Source: Octopus vulgaris
Taxonomy: Eukaryota
DNA length: 64,000 nt
Direction: 5' to 3'
Assembly: GCA_951406725.2 (NCBI GenBank)
Contig: OX597828.1
Span: 46,996,001 to 47,060,000, forward strand
Positions 19,937 through 33,257 of the stretch are shown piece by piece. How positions within the stretch are numbered: the first letter of the stretch is position 1; each line of letters opens with the position of its first letter. The notes below the pieces were generated by a model, which was not told the DNA's origin, searched no databases, and saw nothing but the letters and a program-made list of their open reading frames with translations. Made by a program: the position numbers and the translations under genes.

Positions 19937-22088
19937 GCGTCGCGTTCTACATTAATCTCATAAATATTGACATCGGACATATCTTTTTGTCGTAAAGAAA
20001 CTTAAAGGGGAACACAACGAACACGTTACGAGGATGATGACGATGACTATAACGATGAGGATTATGATAATGGTGAAATAGGGGGAGACTGTGAATTTCT
20101 TGCTGATTTAAAAAGTGTAGAAACATCGTTTTTCTTTCTGACACACTCACAGATATACACAAAAAGGACAAGTATTTTTTTTTTTATTTCATCGTTAAAT
20201 TTCAAGATAAGACAATAGTATTATTGGTTATATTGTCATATATTTATAGTTAGAGAGATGGAGATATTATCATGTCCCAGTATATTTCTGGTATGTCTAT
20301 TTTATCGATACCGGTGGCATTTGAAACCTTCCCCCACACAACTCATAATTAATATAATAAACATTACTTGCTAGTATATGTTAACTCTTCTAGATAGTTT
20401 CACAAAACTACGAAACAGTTTTTATTTTTACCATCAACACTACTACTACTAACAATAATAATAATATCAATTGCCAGAGACCTTTATATTGTATTAATTT
20501 CCTGGTGTGCTTTTATTCAAAACAGAGGAAGATTAAGCTAACCTCTACGAGATTTTAATTCAGAAATCCTTTATATAAAACTATAATTATTGACATACTT
20601 ATATTAAATCCAAATGAAAGGATCCCGTGGAACTGTTTCGTTTTACTTGTTTCTTCTCCCATGATAATAATGTCTTAAACAGCATTTCTAGTTTTTGTAG
20701 ATAAATGGACTTTGTTGAGTAGAGACATACAAACAGCTAATCTTGCAACAATGTGAATCTTACATCATGTTTGCAGCTCATTTTAACTCGCCCGCTTTTC
20801 TCTCTTTCTCTCTCTCATTCAGTAAAATAAGTCATCTGAAATTTTCATACGTCTGAAGATTCATCCTGTATGTAGCAGCAAATTTTACTTATTTTTAATA
20901 GAGAAAGAGAGATGGGAAGTTTATAGCTGTGATAGTTTAGCACCCTTTCCCAAAAGCATGTGGAACCACCATGGGCAAACTTTTTGGATGGACATGCCAA
21001 CGAAAAATTATTTTAGCAGTGCGGCCCACTTCTTGAAAAGAAGGTTGCCTATGCTTGATATAGAGGATTTTTCATCTGCCAAAACAAAGTGGAACTGTTT
21101 GAGCACTGGGCTTATAGATCTTTCTTTTAAACTGAATGACAAAATGAATGTAGACAAGAAAGAAGGAAAAAAAAGGGGAAATAAACAAAATATTGGAAAG
21201 AAAGAAATCATCGACCAAAAATTATTCTTTTTCATTAATCAGGAACAATGTTGACGAAGTTTTCCTTTTTTTTTTCTTTTTTTTTTCTTGCATATTTTTT
21301 AAATTTTTAACTCTCAGCCATTTTGAAAAAGAAGCAAAACAATTTCTTGTCCTCTGCTCAATATCCATCAAAATAAAATATAATTCACCAACTCATATTT
21401 GGAAAGTGGGTATTAATAAACAATGACTAAAGTAATAAGAAAAATTATAATAATCGCGATGGTGACGATGGGTATGTTAATGACGTATTTTTTTCTTTAC
21501 AAGTATGGGTAGTACGATATTATGGGACATTCGAGCTTTTTTCTCTATCTCACACAAACACACACAACACACACATACATACACAACCACACGTGTCCGA
21601 AGGACAATACGGACGACCGTAAAATTAACATTGACGCAATTTGTCAATTATTTTATCATAATGACGCAACATCGGCGCAAAGCCGCTACCATTATAAAAG
21701 GAGAGGAGAGCCGGTCGAGAAAAATCAAACCATTGTGCTTGACCGGTACTTAATTATATTTGTACCCGGATGGATTATAGGCAAGATCGTCTTCGTCCAG
21801 AAATGTAATTTAAAATATAGCAAAAGACATTTAGTCCGACTCTCAACCGATTATTCTAATCCACAGCTCTTAATATAATTAATAACGAAACTAATATTAA
21901 TAATTATAATAATAATAATAATAATAATAATACGGAAAAGGAATATATAATTTTTTTTGTTTATATGTATTTTTTACTTTGTGTGTAGTGTATGCATGCG
22001 TGTATGTTTGTGTGTGTGTTTTTTTTGTTTTATTCTTTACCGTGACAATTTTGAAACAATATCAGTGTGTGCATCTGTATGTATTATT

Positions 22089-22122
<34 letters not shown>

Positions 22123-22747
22123 TTGTATGATTCTACGTGTGTGTGTATGTGATTTCATGTTTCTCTGTGTGTGTATTTCTTAATGATGCATAAGATACTG
22201 ACGACGAACTGGTGTTAATAATAATAATAATGATGATGATGATGATAATAAAAGTTAATGAAGACAAAGATGGTGGTGAGGACTATCATAATAGCAAGAA
22301 TAACAACCATAATGTTATACATCAGAAGAGAGACAAAATAGATGAAAATATTATATATACACGAAATTAAACATTAAAAAAATAAAATATTTAAAAGAAT
22401 TTTAATAAAATAAAAATAAAATATAATTCTTTGATTTCAAAGATTTGTTGTTTTTGTTCTATTACATCATGTTTAATATGCACGTGTGTCTGCACAAAGA
22501 TGTATATGTATACTGCCTTGTGAACAAATCCCATGTAAATGGTACCGCTTCCCCTACTACGTTTCTTCTTCTTTTACCCTCGTCTTTTCTTTCCTTTCCT
22601 TTTCTACTTCAAGAAAATTCGTTCCTTTTGGATCGATCAGTTCTGAACTTTAATTTTCTGCTTCGATTCTTCTAGCATTTAAGGAATAATGTTTAATTTT
22701 GTCATATGGCCGGTTACCAGCTTTTGGTAATGGGCTAACGATATTAA

Positions 22748-22848
22748 TCTTTAGCACACTGTAGGTGCGTGATGTCACCTTATGAGTTTGCTCCCCCGTA
22801 GTAAGAGGACAGGGAAGCAATTCTAGAGAGAATGTAATGTGCTAAAGG
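22748..22848. mobile_element. Tiny TTAA-flanked MITE
   Basis: TTAA|TCTTTAGCACA ... TGTGCTAAAGG|TTAA. Confidence 0.55.
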
Positions 22849-24179
22849 TTAATGCAGAGGGTAAGCCAATGTAATCGACTTACCTCAAACACCACCGCTG
22901 CCCCAGTACTCAACCGGTAAATGTTTTATTGACCTCTGAAAGGAAGAAAGGTAAATTTCACTTGGACGGAATTTGAAATTATAACGCAAGAGCCAAAAGA
23001 AATACTGTTAATCGTTTTGACCGACACCCAAACCATTCTGCCAGATGATCGCCTTCTATTCAAGAATTAATGTCAATGACTAGTCTTGCCGACCACCAAA
23101 AGGGCGCTCCTGTATTATTATTATCATTATTATTATTATTGAGTTCTGATTAGAAGAAAATGTTTTGGGGTTTCAACTCGGTCAATCTACTACCTGCAAT
23201 GACGTTCGTTGTCGTATATAATTCATTTTCCGTCATGGTTCCGGGTTCAGTCCCATTGCGTGGCACCTCGGGCAAGTGTTTTCTGCTATACCCTCTAGCT
23301 AATCAAAGCGTAGTGGTAGACGGAAATTGAAGGAAGTTCATTACATTTGTCTGTCTGTCTCTCTCTCAACACCGCTTGACAACCGGTGCTGGTTTGTTCA
23401 CACCCTACATAACTTAGCAGTTCGGTAAAAAGACCGATAGAATAAATACCAGCTTTTATAAAAAAAAAAACAAAAGCACTGGAATCGATTCATTCGACTA
23501 AAATGTGCAAGGTGGTGCCCCTGCATGGCCAGGGTCTAATTAATGACAAACAGGTAAGATACAGTGCGATCAAGAACTGAATCGACCAGTCAAAATATAT
23601 TGGTGGATTTTATTGTGCAATAGATGTGTAGATCGAACTTCACAGCGGCGATTTTTCTTTTGTTAATCCTTCAGTTTGTGGGACTCATTTGTACTTGTTT
23701 TGCTTTTTTTTTTTCTACTTTCCAGTGTGGTGCGAGTGTTGAATGTTCAACGCTAAGATCTCTACCACGTTTCGTGTAGTTTTGTTTTGGTAATTTTCAG
23801 AAATGGCTTAAAGACAGCGAATTGACAATAGTATGCAGGCCGGGTAAAATGCTTAGCGGCATTTCGTCCGTCTGTAGGCGCTGAGTTCAAATGCCTCTGA
23901 GGTTGATCAAATAAGTACCAGTTGAGTACTGGGGTCGATGTAATCAACATATGCCCCTCCCCCACCAAAAAAAAATTACTGGACCTGTGCTAAAAATCGA
24001 AATCACTTTCCAGAAACTACCTCCCAGTCGTTCGCCGTCAGTCGCAGAAGATTGCCCATAACCTTTCTCACCTTCAACACACTCAGACTCTCATGGCTGT
24101 ACGAAACCTTTGGAACCAATGATAGGTAATAAATTCTATTGGCAGTATCTTAGTCAAATACTTGATTGAAATTGCGAAT

Positions 24180-24568
24180 AGGCACAAGAGTGGCTGTGTG
24201 GTATGTAGCTTGCTTATCAACCACATGGTTCCGGGTTCAGTCCCACTGCATGGATCCTTGAGCAGGTGTCTTCTACTATAGCTTCGGGCCGACGAAAGCC
24301 TTGCGAGTGGATTTGGTAGACGGAAACTGAAAGAAGCCCGTCGTGTATATGAATATATGTGTGTTTCACTATCTGTTTGTCCTCACAACATCGCTTGACA
24401 ACTGATGCTGGTATGTTTACGTCCCCGTAACTTAGCGGTTCGGCAAAAGGAACCGACAGAATCATTACTATGCTTACAAAAAATAAGTCCCGGGGTCGAT
24501 TTGCTCGACTAAAGGCGGTGCTCCAGCATGGCGGCAGTCAAATGACTGAGACAAGTAAAATAAAAGAT
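24180..24568 (+). mobile_element. SINE family A
   Basis: Same head, body and tail as 5998. Confidence 0.85.
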
Positions 24569-24639
24569 TAAGTGTATGGAGAGTTTCTGCTGCCTTAGGT
24601 TCGATTTTGAATAATAATAAAGTCTGAATTATCGGTTAT

Positions 24640-24925
24640 TACACAAGGATGCTGCGAATGGCTCTAAATGTGAAATGACAACAGCATATAACAAATGAAT
24701 GCCTCTATCGAGACCTCTCGAAAGCTAGCGAGAAGATGAGGCAAAGAAGGCTCCGACTCTCCAGTCACTGCGTGCTCCACCGTACACTGCAGGCATCCTA
24801 GGGTGTTTTGTGGAACGCACTTCATGGTGATGTAAGAAGAAGAAAACGTTGTCACACTTGTAGACACTGGCCAAGAATGTATCCAGGACTTCGAGGTAGT
24901 GATGATGAATCAAGATGTGTGGCGG
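24640..24925 (+). mobile_element. Decayed RTE-clade LINE, C-terminal ORF fragment
   Basis: YTRMLRMALNVK*QQHITNECLYRDLSKASEKMRQRRLRLSSHC; in-frame stops. Confidence 0.75.
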
Positions 24926-25003
24926 ATGGACATTTTCGCTGTGGCCCGTGTTGGAACCCAGTCATAATAATTAAATAAAACCCTTTAAATTGGATAGCTA
25001 ACA

Positions 25004-25036
<33 letters not shown>

Positions 25037-25335
25037 ATGACGGGTAATTTCGGAAATATACTTTTACTATCATGAAACATGGCATACAAACAATAAATAT
25101 AAATTAACTTTTTTCAAACATTTTGGTTCTTACACAAAATTATTAATTCAATGCTAATTTTCCTAAGAAGAATATTTATTATCCCGACCACATAGTTCTG
25201 GATTCAGTTCCACTGCGTAGCACCTTCGGCAAGTGTCTTCTATAACCTCGAACCGACCAAAGACTGAGTGGATTTGATAGACGTAAACTGACACAAAGCC
25301 CGTCGGATGTGTGTATATGTATGTATGTATGCATA

Positions 25336-25369
<34 letters not shown>

Positions 25370-25426
25370 ACGGGGAGCTTTATGAAAATAAACAAAAGAC
25401 GAAGGCAGGTGGAGTACAAACAAACA

Positions 25427-25472
<46 letters not shown>

Positions 25473-26057
25473 TGTTCCTTCTCGAGCCATGTCTGGCTCA
25501 TAAGGACCGGTTTCCCGGTTTTTTTGGCGTATAGGTTCTCCACCTGGACGGGACGCCGGTCCGTCGCAGGTGAGCTGAAAGATGCATGAGGAAAGAGTGA
25601 GAGGAAAGTGTGGCGAAAGTGTCAGCAGAAGTACGCCATTACCTTCTGCCGGAGCCGCGCGGTGCTTAGGTGTTTCGCTCATAAACACACACATCGCCCG
25701 GTCTGAGATTCGAACCCGCGATCCCTCGACCGCGAGTCCGCTGCTCTAAGTACTAGGCCATGTACCTCTACCATATATATATGTGTGTGTGTGTGTGTGT
25801 TTTGTGACTGTTTATTCCACACCACCGCTTGACAACCGGTGTTGGAGTATTTACGTCCCAGTCACGTAAATAGAATAAATACCAAGCTTTAAAAAAAATA
25901 TATTCCTGAAGTCAATTCCTTCGACTAAAATTTCTTCATGGTGGTACTCCAGTATGGCCGGAGTTTCACTGAAACAAGTAAAAGATAAAACATTGCTTTA
26001 AAATAGAACTAAATAAACAAATTTTTCGTTTGTATAACTCCTAAATGTGGAGGCAGT

Positions 26058-26740
26058 GGAGGCGCAATGGCCCAGTGGTTAGGGCAGCGGACTCGCGGTC
26101 ATAGGATCGCGGTTTCGATTCCCAGACCGGGCGTTGTGAGTGTTTATTGAGCAAAAGCACCTAAAAGCTCCACGAGGCTCCGGCAGGGGATGGTGGTGAT
26201 CCCTGCTGTACTCTTTCACCACAACTTTCTCTCACTCTTACTTCCTGTTTCTGTTGTACCTTGTAATTCAAAGGGCCGGCCTTGTCACTCTCTGTGTCAC
26301 GCTGAATATCCCCGAGAACTACGTTAAGGGTACACGTGTCTGTGGAGTGCTCAGCCACTTGCACGTTAATTTCACGAGCAGGCTGTTCCGTTGATTCGGA
26401 TCAACCGGAACCCTCTTCGTCGTAACCGACGGAGTGCTTCCATATGTGGAGGCCCAGTGGTTAGGACAGCAGACTTGCGGTCGTAGGATCGCGGTTTCGA
26501 TTCCCAGACCGGGTGTAATGTGTATTTATGGAGCGAAAACACCTAAAGCTCTACGGGGCTCCGGCAGGGGGTGGTGGCGACCCCTGTTGTACTCTTTCGC
26601 CCCAACTGTCTCTCACTCTTTCTTCCTGTTTCTTGAGCAACGCTGCGATGGACTGGCGTCCCGTCCAGCTGGGGGTAACACATACGCCATAGAAACTGGG
26701 AAACTGGGCCCATGAGCCTGGCTAGGCATGAAAAGGGCGA
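26058..26740 (+). mobile_element. Two adjacent tRNA(Arg)-like-headed SINEs (family C) with different 3' tails
   Basis: GGAGGCGCAATGGCCCAGTGGTTAGGGCAGCGGACTCGCGGTC...GGTTTCGATTCC (box A/B, TCG anticodon-like loop); related copies at 10263(+), 25480-25772(-), 59495-59700(-), 63823(+). Confidence 0.8.
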
Positions 26741-28758
26741 GAAAGAAAAAGAAAACGAAAGAACAACTATAACTGTTCTGTCATTTACTCCTCCTCCTCC
26801 TCCGGCCAAGAAACGTAGTATATACACTCATCCTGCACCTCATATTAAATCTCTCTCTCTCCCCTCTCTCTCTCCCCCTCTCTCTCTCCCCCTCTCTCTA
26901 TGTTTCTATTACTCCCTCCCAGTACGATATATAGCATGTGTTGTGAAATCAACTAATGTTTATATCAGTTGTTGCAGAGATTGACACAATATTTGGTTTG
27001 GCGCTACGTTCTGAGTTCAAATTCCGCCGAGGTCGACTTTGCCTTTCACCTTTTTTGGGGGTCGAGAAATTAAGTACCAGTGAAACACTGGGGGTCGATG
27101 TAATCGACTAGTCCCCTCCTACCAAATTTGGGGACTTGTGCCTCCAGTAGAAACGATTATATAGAGACTGACAACCTTAAAATATCCAACAGTAAGGAGT
27201 GAAAACAAAACCACTAGCTTATGCTAAATGGACGAACATAAGGCGCTGAGGTGGCAGAATCGTTAGTACACTGGGGAACATGCTTAGCAGAATTTTGTCC
27301 GTCATTACATTCTGTTCAAATTCCGCCGAGGTCGACTTTGCATTTCATCCCTTTCGGAGTCGATAAAATAAATACTAGTTTTGCACTGGGGTTGATGTAA
27401 TCCACTTAACCCCTGTTCTCGAATTGCTGGCCTTATGTCAAGCATTGAAACCAATATTACATAAGCATAGTGAAATGAAATTTTATTCCAATAACAACGT
27501 GTAACACGATTTTTGTCTGTGAGTGGCAACTCTTATTTCCTATTTGGTTACCCCTATAAAGCATGAAAAAGGGCTAATATTTCCTCCAAACTATGCTTTT
27601 GTTACATTCATCAAAACCCCAAAGAATCCTTCTCAAAACATGACTATGATGCTCCCCCATTACTTCTACTCATGATCGGAGGTGTGCATATTGTCAACCA
27701 CTAAGGGACATGCTCAACTGGTTAAGGTCAAGCAAGTGACAAGCAAATCTGTGGAGCTGAGCAGAATATTTTGCTATAATGCTATTTCTGCTTCAGTAAC
27801 TCAGTGCTAAATCTGTCTGAAATGTAATGGAAAATAAGTCAATTTCAAAACATTGATGTCCCGGTCACAAAAGCAAAGCTTGAAGGGAATAGTAGTCATT
27901 TCCCTTAATATTTAGATAGAAGCAAATGAGAAACAACACTATCAAAGACAAAAAAAAAAAGGATTTTAATTTTGTTACACATAGTAATAGCATCTACGTT
28001 TAAAATAATGCTTTCAATTTTTTTCTACAAGGGCAGCTTGGAAGAGGGGACTAAGTTGATTGCATCGACCCCAGAGCGTAACTGGTACTTATCTAATAGA
28101 CCCCGACAGAATGAAATGCACAGACGAACGTAGCAACAGACGAAATACCGCCAAGCATTTAACCCGGGGTGCGAACGATTCTGCCACCTCGCCGCCTTAT
28201 CTACATTTAGAATAATAAAATCTAAAGTTTGATTGTTGGTGGTGGCCTTTATTTATTTTTTTTTTTCTCAGATTGATTTTAATTTTACTCCACGATAAAG
28301 TTGCTTCAGTTTCCAAGCAATATCGCAAATAAAATTCTTTTTCAAACACAAACAAATCTGCAATTTCGAAAACAGCAGCAACAGCCATGTTTACAATGAC
28401 ATTTAAACTTGTCTCTGTTACTTGTTATCTCAAGCAGGGGTCCTTAACCTGAGCAGTGACACCCCTTGAAGGTTATTAATGCACAAAATGGCGGCAAATG
28501 TCATTGAGGCTTTAGTGGGTGGCTGAATGTTTGGAGGAGGCGTTATTTTTCTTAAAAATAAAATATTTAAAACAGCTAGATTAATTATGTCTTAAACGCA
28601 CTTTTCAAAAAATGTCTTTGTCAGGATGAGAATATGTTTAGGATATTCTTTTACCAGTAAGCGGAAATGAGATTAATGGCAAGTCAAATCCTTCTATAAT
28701 TTTGTTATATAAGTTCTCGCTTTCTTATGTAATTTCGGTTAATATTTAACATAACATA

Positions 28759-29150
28759 GGCGCAGGAGTGGCTGTGTGGCAAGTAGCTGGCTTACCAACC
28801 ACATGGTTCCGGGTTCAGTCCCACTGCGTGGCACTTTGGGCAAGTGTCTTCTACTATAGCCTCGGGCCGACTAAAGCCTTGTGAGTGGATTTAGTAGACG
28901 GAAACTGAAAGAAGCCCGTCGTATATATGTATATATATATATTTGTGTGTGTGTGTTTGTGTGTCTGTGTTTGTCCCCCACCACCATCACCATCGCTTGA
29001 CAACCGATGCTGGTGTGTTTACGTCCCCGTAACCTAGCGGTTCGGCAAAAGAGACCGACAGAATAAGTACTAGGCTTACAAAGAATAAGTCCTGGGGTCC
29101 AGCATGGCCGCAGTCAAATGACTGAAACAAGTAAAGGAGTAAAAGAGGGT
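28759..29150 (+). mobile_element. SINE family A
   Basis: GGCGCAGGAGTGGCTGTGTGG...CTGAAACAAGTAAA. Confidence 0.85.
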
Positions 29151-29257
29151 AAAGAGTGACCGTAATAGCCCACGAAAATATATAGAAGAGGCACGCGCTA
29201 GAAGTACTAAAAGAAAATTTAAGTAATAATTAAAGGCAGAGGCGTGGATGTGTGGTA

Positions 29258-29957
29258 GGAAGCTTACTTCTCAACAACATGTTTTTTCGTTCAGACTGAC
29301 TGCGTAGCATCTTGGGCAAGTGTCTTCTGTGATAGCCTCGGGTCGACCAAATCCTTGTGAGTAAATTTGGTAGACAGAAACTGAAAGAAGCCCGTCGTAT
29401 ACATGTGTATATACAGGGTGTCTCAAAAGTCACTGATGGGTTTCGATTTTTAATAACTTCCTTAACTTTGCAAATAAATGCATGAAATTTTGATACAATA
29501 TAAAAGACATAATGGAAATTAATATGCATAAATCATATTTTGCAAGACCACTACATCACATATGAAAAATGACATTGCTTATGACTAGCAGTTGCTACAG
29601 CAGAGCTTTGGAGAGAGTATAATCTCTCGCTAGGGCAATGTCAGCTTGCCTTCGCGTTCTCCAGAACGTTCTCCAACTGACGGAGAACATGAATAGAGAA
29701 ACCAGAGAAGTGGGGTCTGAAACTCTTGAGGGTGCTATGGTGCAAATTTTGTAATGAGCACGGGCGCGTTAAACCGAAAATGGCTTCCATTTAATCGATG
29801 TAATATTTCATATGAGTTGTAGCGGTGTTGCAAAATTTAACGTGTCCACATTAATTTCAATTATGTCCTTTATATTGCATCAACATTTCATGCATTTATT
29901 TGTAAAGTTAAGGGAGTTATTAAAAACTGAAACCCGCCACTGATTTGTAGGACACCC

Positions 29958-30027
<70 letters not shown>

Positions 30028-30345
30028 TGTGTGTGTTTGTGTGTGTGTGAGTGTTTGCGTGTGTGTGTGTGTGTTTGTATGTGTGTGTGTTTGTGTGTTT
30101 GTATATGTGTGCGTGTGTGTGTGTGTGTGTTTGTGTCTGTCCTTGAACACCACCACCGCTTGACAACTAATGTTGGCGCGTTTACTTCCCGTAACTTAAC
30201 GGTTCGGCAAAAGAGATCGATATAATAAGAACTAGCCTTTAAAAAATGAAGCCTGGGGTCGATTCGTTCGACTAAAACCCTTTAAGGCGGTGCCCTAGCA
30301 TGGCCGCAGTCAAATAACTGTAACAAGTAAACGATAAAAGATAAA
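29258..30345 (+). mobile_element. SINE family A interrupted by a MITE in its TA tract
   Basis: 5' half ends GAAGCCCGTCGTATA at ~29400; 3' half resumes CACCGCTTGACAAC at ~30153. Confidence 0.75.
29414..29959. mobile_element. Tc1/mariner-type MITE with ~145-bp imperfect TIRs and TA flanks
   Basis: TA|CAGGGTGTC... / ...GACACCCT(A)|TA; long inverted similarity 29414-29556 vs 29818-29959. Confidence 0.85.
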
Positions 30346-30694
30346 AAATGGATAATGCCCAGCACAAACTTATCTTCTTCTTGAGAATAACCTGCTGGAT
30401 TTTATTTATTTATTTCAAAGTAAGGAAGGAATCGTTTGTAAAAAATGATTCTATGAAAGGAGGCGCTGAATCACAAAATGTTGAAAATCAGTGCCTCGGA
30501 AGGTCTGCCATGGATGGAGAAACTTTTTAAGGCGGTGAGCTGGTAGAAACGTTAGTACACCGGGCGAAATGCTTAGCGGTATTTCGTCTGCTGTTATGTT
30601 CTGAGTTCAAATTCCGCCGAGGTCGACTTTGCCTTTCATCCTTTCGGGGTCGATAGATTAGGTACCAGTTACACACTGGGGTCGATATAATCCT

Positions 30695-31660
30695 TTAATC
30701 GCGATTCACTGCAACCGCGTTTGACATAATGACATACAAAAACATTTGCATGTTTCCAGTAATCCCCTATGTTAGTACAAATCCGTTTTATCCTCAAACA
30801 TTGTAGCCTTTAGACGGAATAAGAATATAAGAGAATTATTGACCTCTATATCTGACTCTAAGAAAACGAACATTGGAGTATCTGCACGCTGTACCTTAAA
30901 GAACAGCCGCAAGAGAGGTAAGCCCTATTCTTTGTGCAACAACATGAGTGAAGTGAATTCAATCAGAAATCATAACAGAAATGTTATGATTTATACAGAA
31001 GGTGGAACATGTAAAGATTCCCATTTGGTGTACGTTGCAGAATGCACGAAACACAATTTATGTTGGCTGTACAGCAGAGCAATTAAACAAAAGGTTTAAT
31101 GGGCACAGATTCGACGTTAGGCATAATAACAGTAGTTCGACAGAACTTGCTGAACATTTTGTTTCAAATTTGAAGAAGACTTGAAAGTGCATATTCTCAG
31201 GAAATATTCTGAATCTGCTTCACTTTCACTTCTCAGAATATATGAGGTGAAATATGCTTGCGGGTTATTAACATCATACCCTGGAGGAATGAATAAGATT
31301 ACACGAGAATATCATGAAATTTATACAAAACTTGTTTGATTAAATATTCTTCTTTCTCTCTTTTTCCTTTTCTTTTTTCTGTCGTCTTCTTTTTTCTGTT
31401 TTTTTCAGTCTTTTTCTTTTCGCCTGTTATAAAATTGTAACTTAAAAACTGATGATGTCATTCCATCAACGTGTGGACGCTGGTTGCTCTCGTTCATACT
31501 TTACGTTTAAATTTCTGTAATTTTGAATTTCTATAACTTCTTATTTTGAACTTGACAAAGACAGACGTACTGTTGAAATATCGTTCAACTAATAAAATAT
31601 CTATTACAATCGAATCGCGCTCTTCGTCTTGACTGTTTACCTTTGTGAAGAGTTACGTCA
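30695..31660 (+). mobile_element. Penelope-like retroelement 3' fragment: frameshifted GIY-YIG endonuclease plus 3' terminal region
   Basis: IVAFRRNKNIRELL linker; CKDSHLVYVAECTKH / IYVGCTAEQLNKRFNGHRFD...ELAEHF; hammerhead motif downstream. Confidence 0.88.
31546..31588 (+). ncRNA. Minimal type I hammerhead ribozyme-like motif, U3-A8 core variant
   Basis: UUGAAC-UUGACAA-A-GACAG-ACGUA-CUGUU-GAAA-UA-UC-GUUCAA; perfect 6-bp helix I, 5-bp helix II, AUC triplet. Confidence 0.7.
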
Positions 31661-31779
31661 ATCCTTTTAAAAATATTATTATTATTATTATTATTATTAT
31701 TGTTGTTGTTGTTGTTTTAATTTTTTCCCTTCTTTCAATTTTGTTTCTATGTCTTGTCGATGTCTTCCCGACACTTATA

Positions 31780-32366
31780 TCAAATAAACACACTGTATAC
31801 ATTGCTAGGCCATTAAACTACATACCTCAGATTTCAAAATGAAATTAAGTTGTATGGAAAAAAAAATTACATGGGTGATAATCGTTCTCATAGCGACAAT
31901 GCTCTTCTTAATACGTGTGATGTACTATAAAACAACCTTTTGCATTCCTAGCATCGATGATAAGCCAGGGATCATTCCGAAATAATTTTCAGTTTCTTTT
32001 TTTTTTTTTATCACTCCAAGTGCTCCTACAATCATTAGTATTCTAACCACCTTGAGATGCCACACTTCTTAAAAATTTCAACGAGCAAATCTTTATATTT
32101 TCTGCGCTTGCCAAATTCTTTTGCCGAGGTATTATGATCAAATATATTGATATATTTGATCAGATATATTTTATCAGGTAATATATATGATCAGATATTA
32201 TGATTAAGCATATATAAATATACATATGATCAAAAGGAATAAACATTTCGATCAATAAATAAACTTTATCGTTTTGATCTTTCGCAACAATATCCGGTTT
32301 ATTAGCTTGGATGGTTCTGTCTGTATGAACTGGAAAGTTCCACAGAACGGTTAGATTTCCCCCCAT
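31780..32366 (-). mobile_element. R4/Dong-like non-LTR element 3' fragment (restriction-like endonuclease domain)
   Basis: VLWNFPVHTDRTIQANKPDIVAKD...LLIEMFIP, then KYKDL and ALG motifs; (TTA)n beyond its 3' end. Confidence 0.8.
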
Positions 32367-32576
32367 TTACAGCCTCAGAGTGATGCTTATCATCCTCATC
32401 ATCATTATCATCAACATAATCATCACCACCATCATGACCTCCATCATCATCATCAATCATCATCGTCGTCGTCGTCGTTGTTACTGTTGTTGTTGTTATT
32501 ATTATTATTATTATTATTAGTAGTAGTAGTAGTAGTTGTAGTAGTAGTAGTAGTAGTAGTAGTAGTATTGTTATTA

Positions 32577-32631
<55 letters not shown>

Positions 32632-32647
32632 CATTATTATTATTATT

Positions 32648-33182
32648 GAGTGAGAGAGCAGTGCATGCCCTCAAAGTGACGCTGGGGTATAAATATACGA
32701 AGCCCAGTCTGCCTATCATGACCACCTGTCTGATAAGGGTGCACCAGGTACATGCATCACAACCATATGTGCGCGACATGGTGATCTCATATCAAGATAA
32801 ACAGCACATGACCTTGCAGGTGGGGCCCAGTTAGAATTTTCTTCAGGTTGAGTAGCCCATCCCGCTCAAACGGTCCCAGAATAAAGGTTGTTTAAGGATG
32901 TTGAAAGAACCACCCATGTTTCCAGAGGTGAATTATTCAAACCCCAAAGAATCCATCTCAACACATAGCTATGATGCTCCCCCACTACTTCTGCTCGTGA
33001 TCAGAGATGCACATATCGTCAGCCACTGAGGGACATGCTCAACTGGTTATGGTCAAACAACTGACAAGCAAATCTGTGGTATTGAGCAGAACATTTGCTG
33101 TAGCCCATCTTTTATACCAAGACAAAACAATGTACATGATAACACTTCCAATCAGTTAAGATCAGAAGCCATGAGAGCCACT
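32648..33182. mobile_element. ~540-bp non-coding interspersed repeat embedded in (TTA)n; copies at 36036-36592, 37099-37622, partial 27600-27780
   Basis: GAGTGAGAGAGCAGTGCATGCC...GAGAGCCACT; near-identical copies. Confidence 0.8.
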
Positions 33183-33194
33183 TATTATTATTAC

Positions 33195-33257
<63 letters not shown>

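Noticed and set aside
26058-26135. tRNA-Arg gene
   Set aside because: Acceptor stem does not close and the sequence continues into a SINE body found in several copies.
31450-31490. CUGAUGA hammerhead core
   Set aside because: No GAAA after the possible stem and no helix I.
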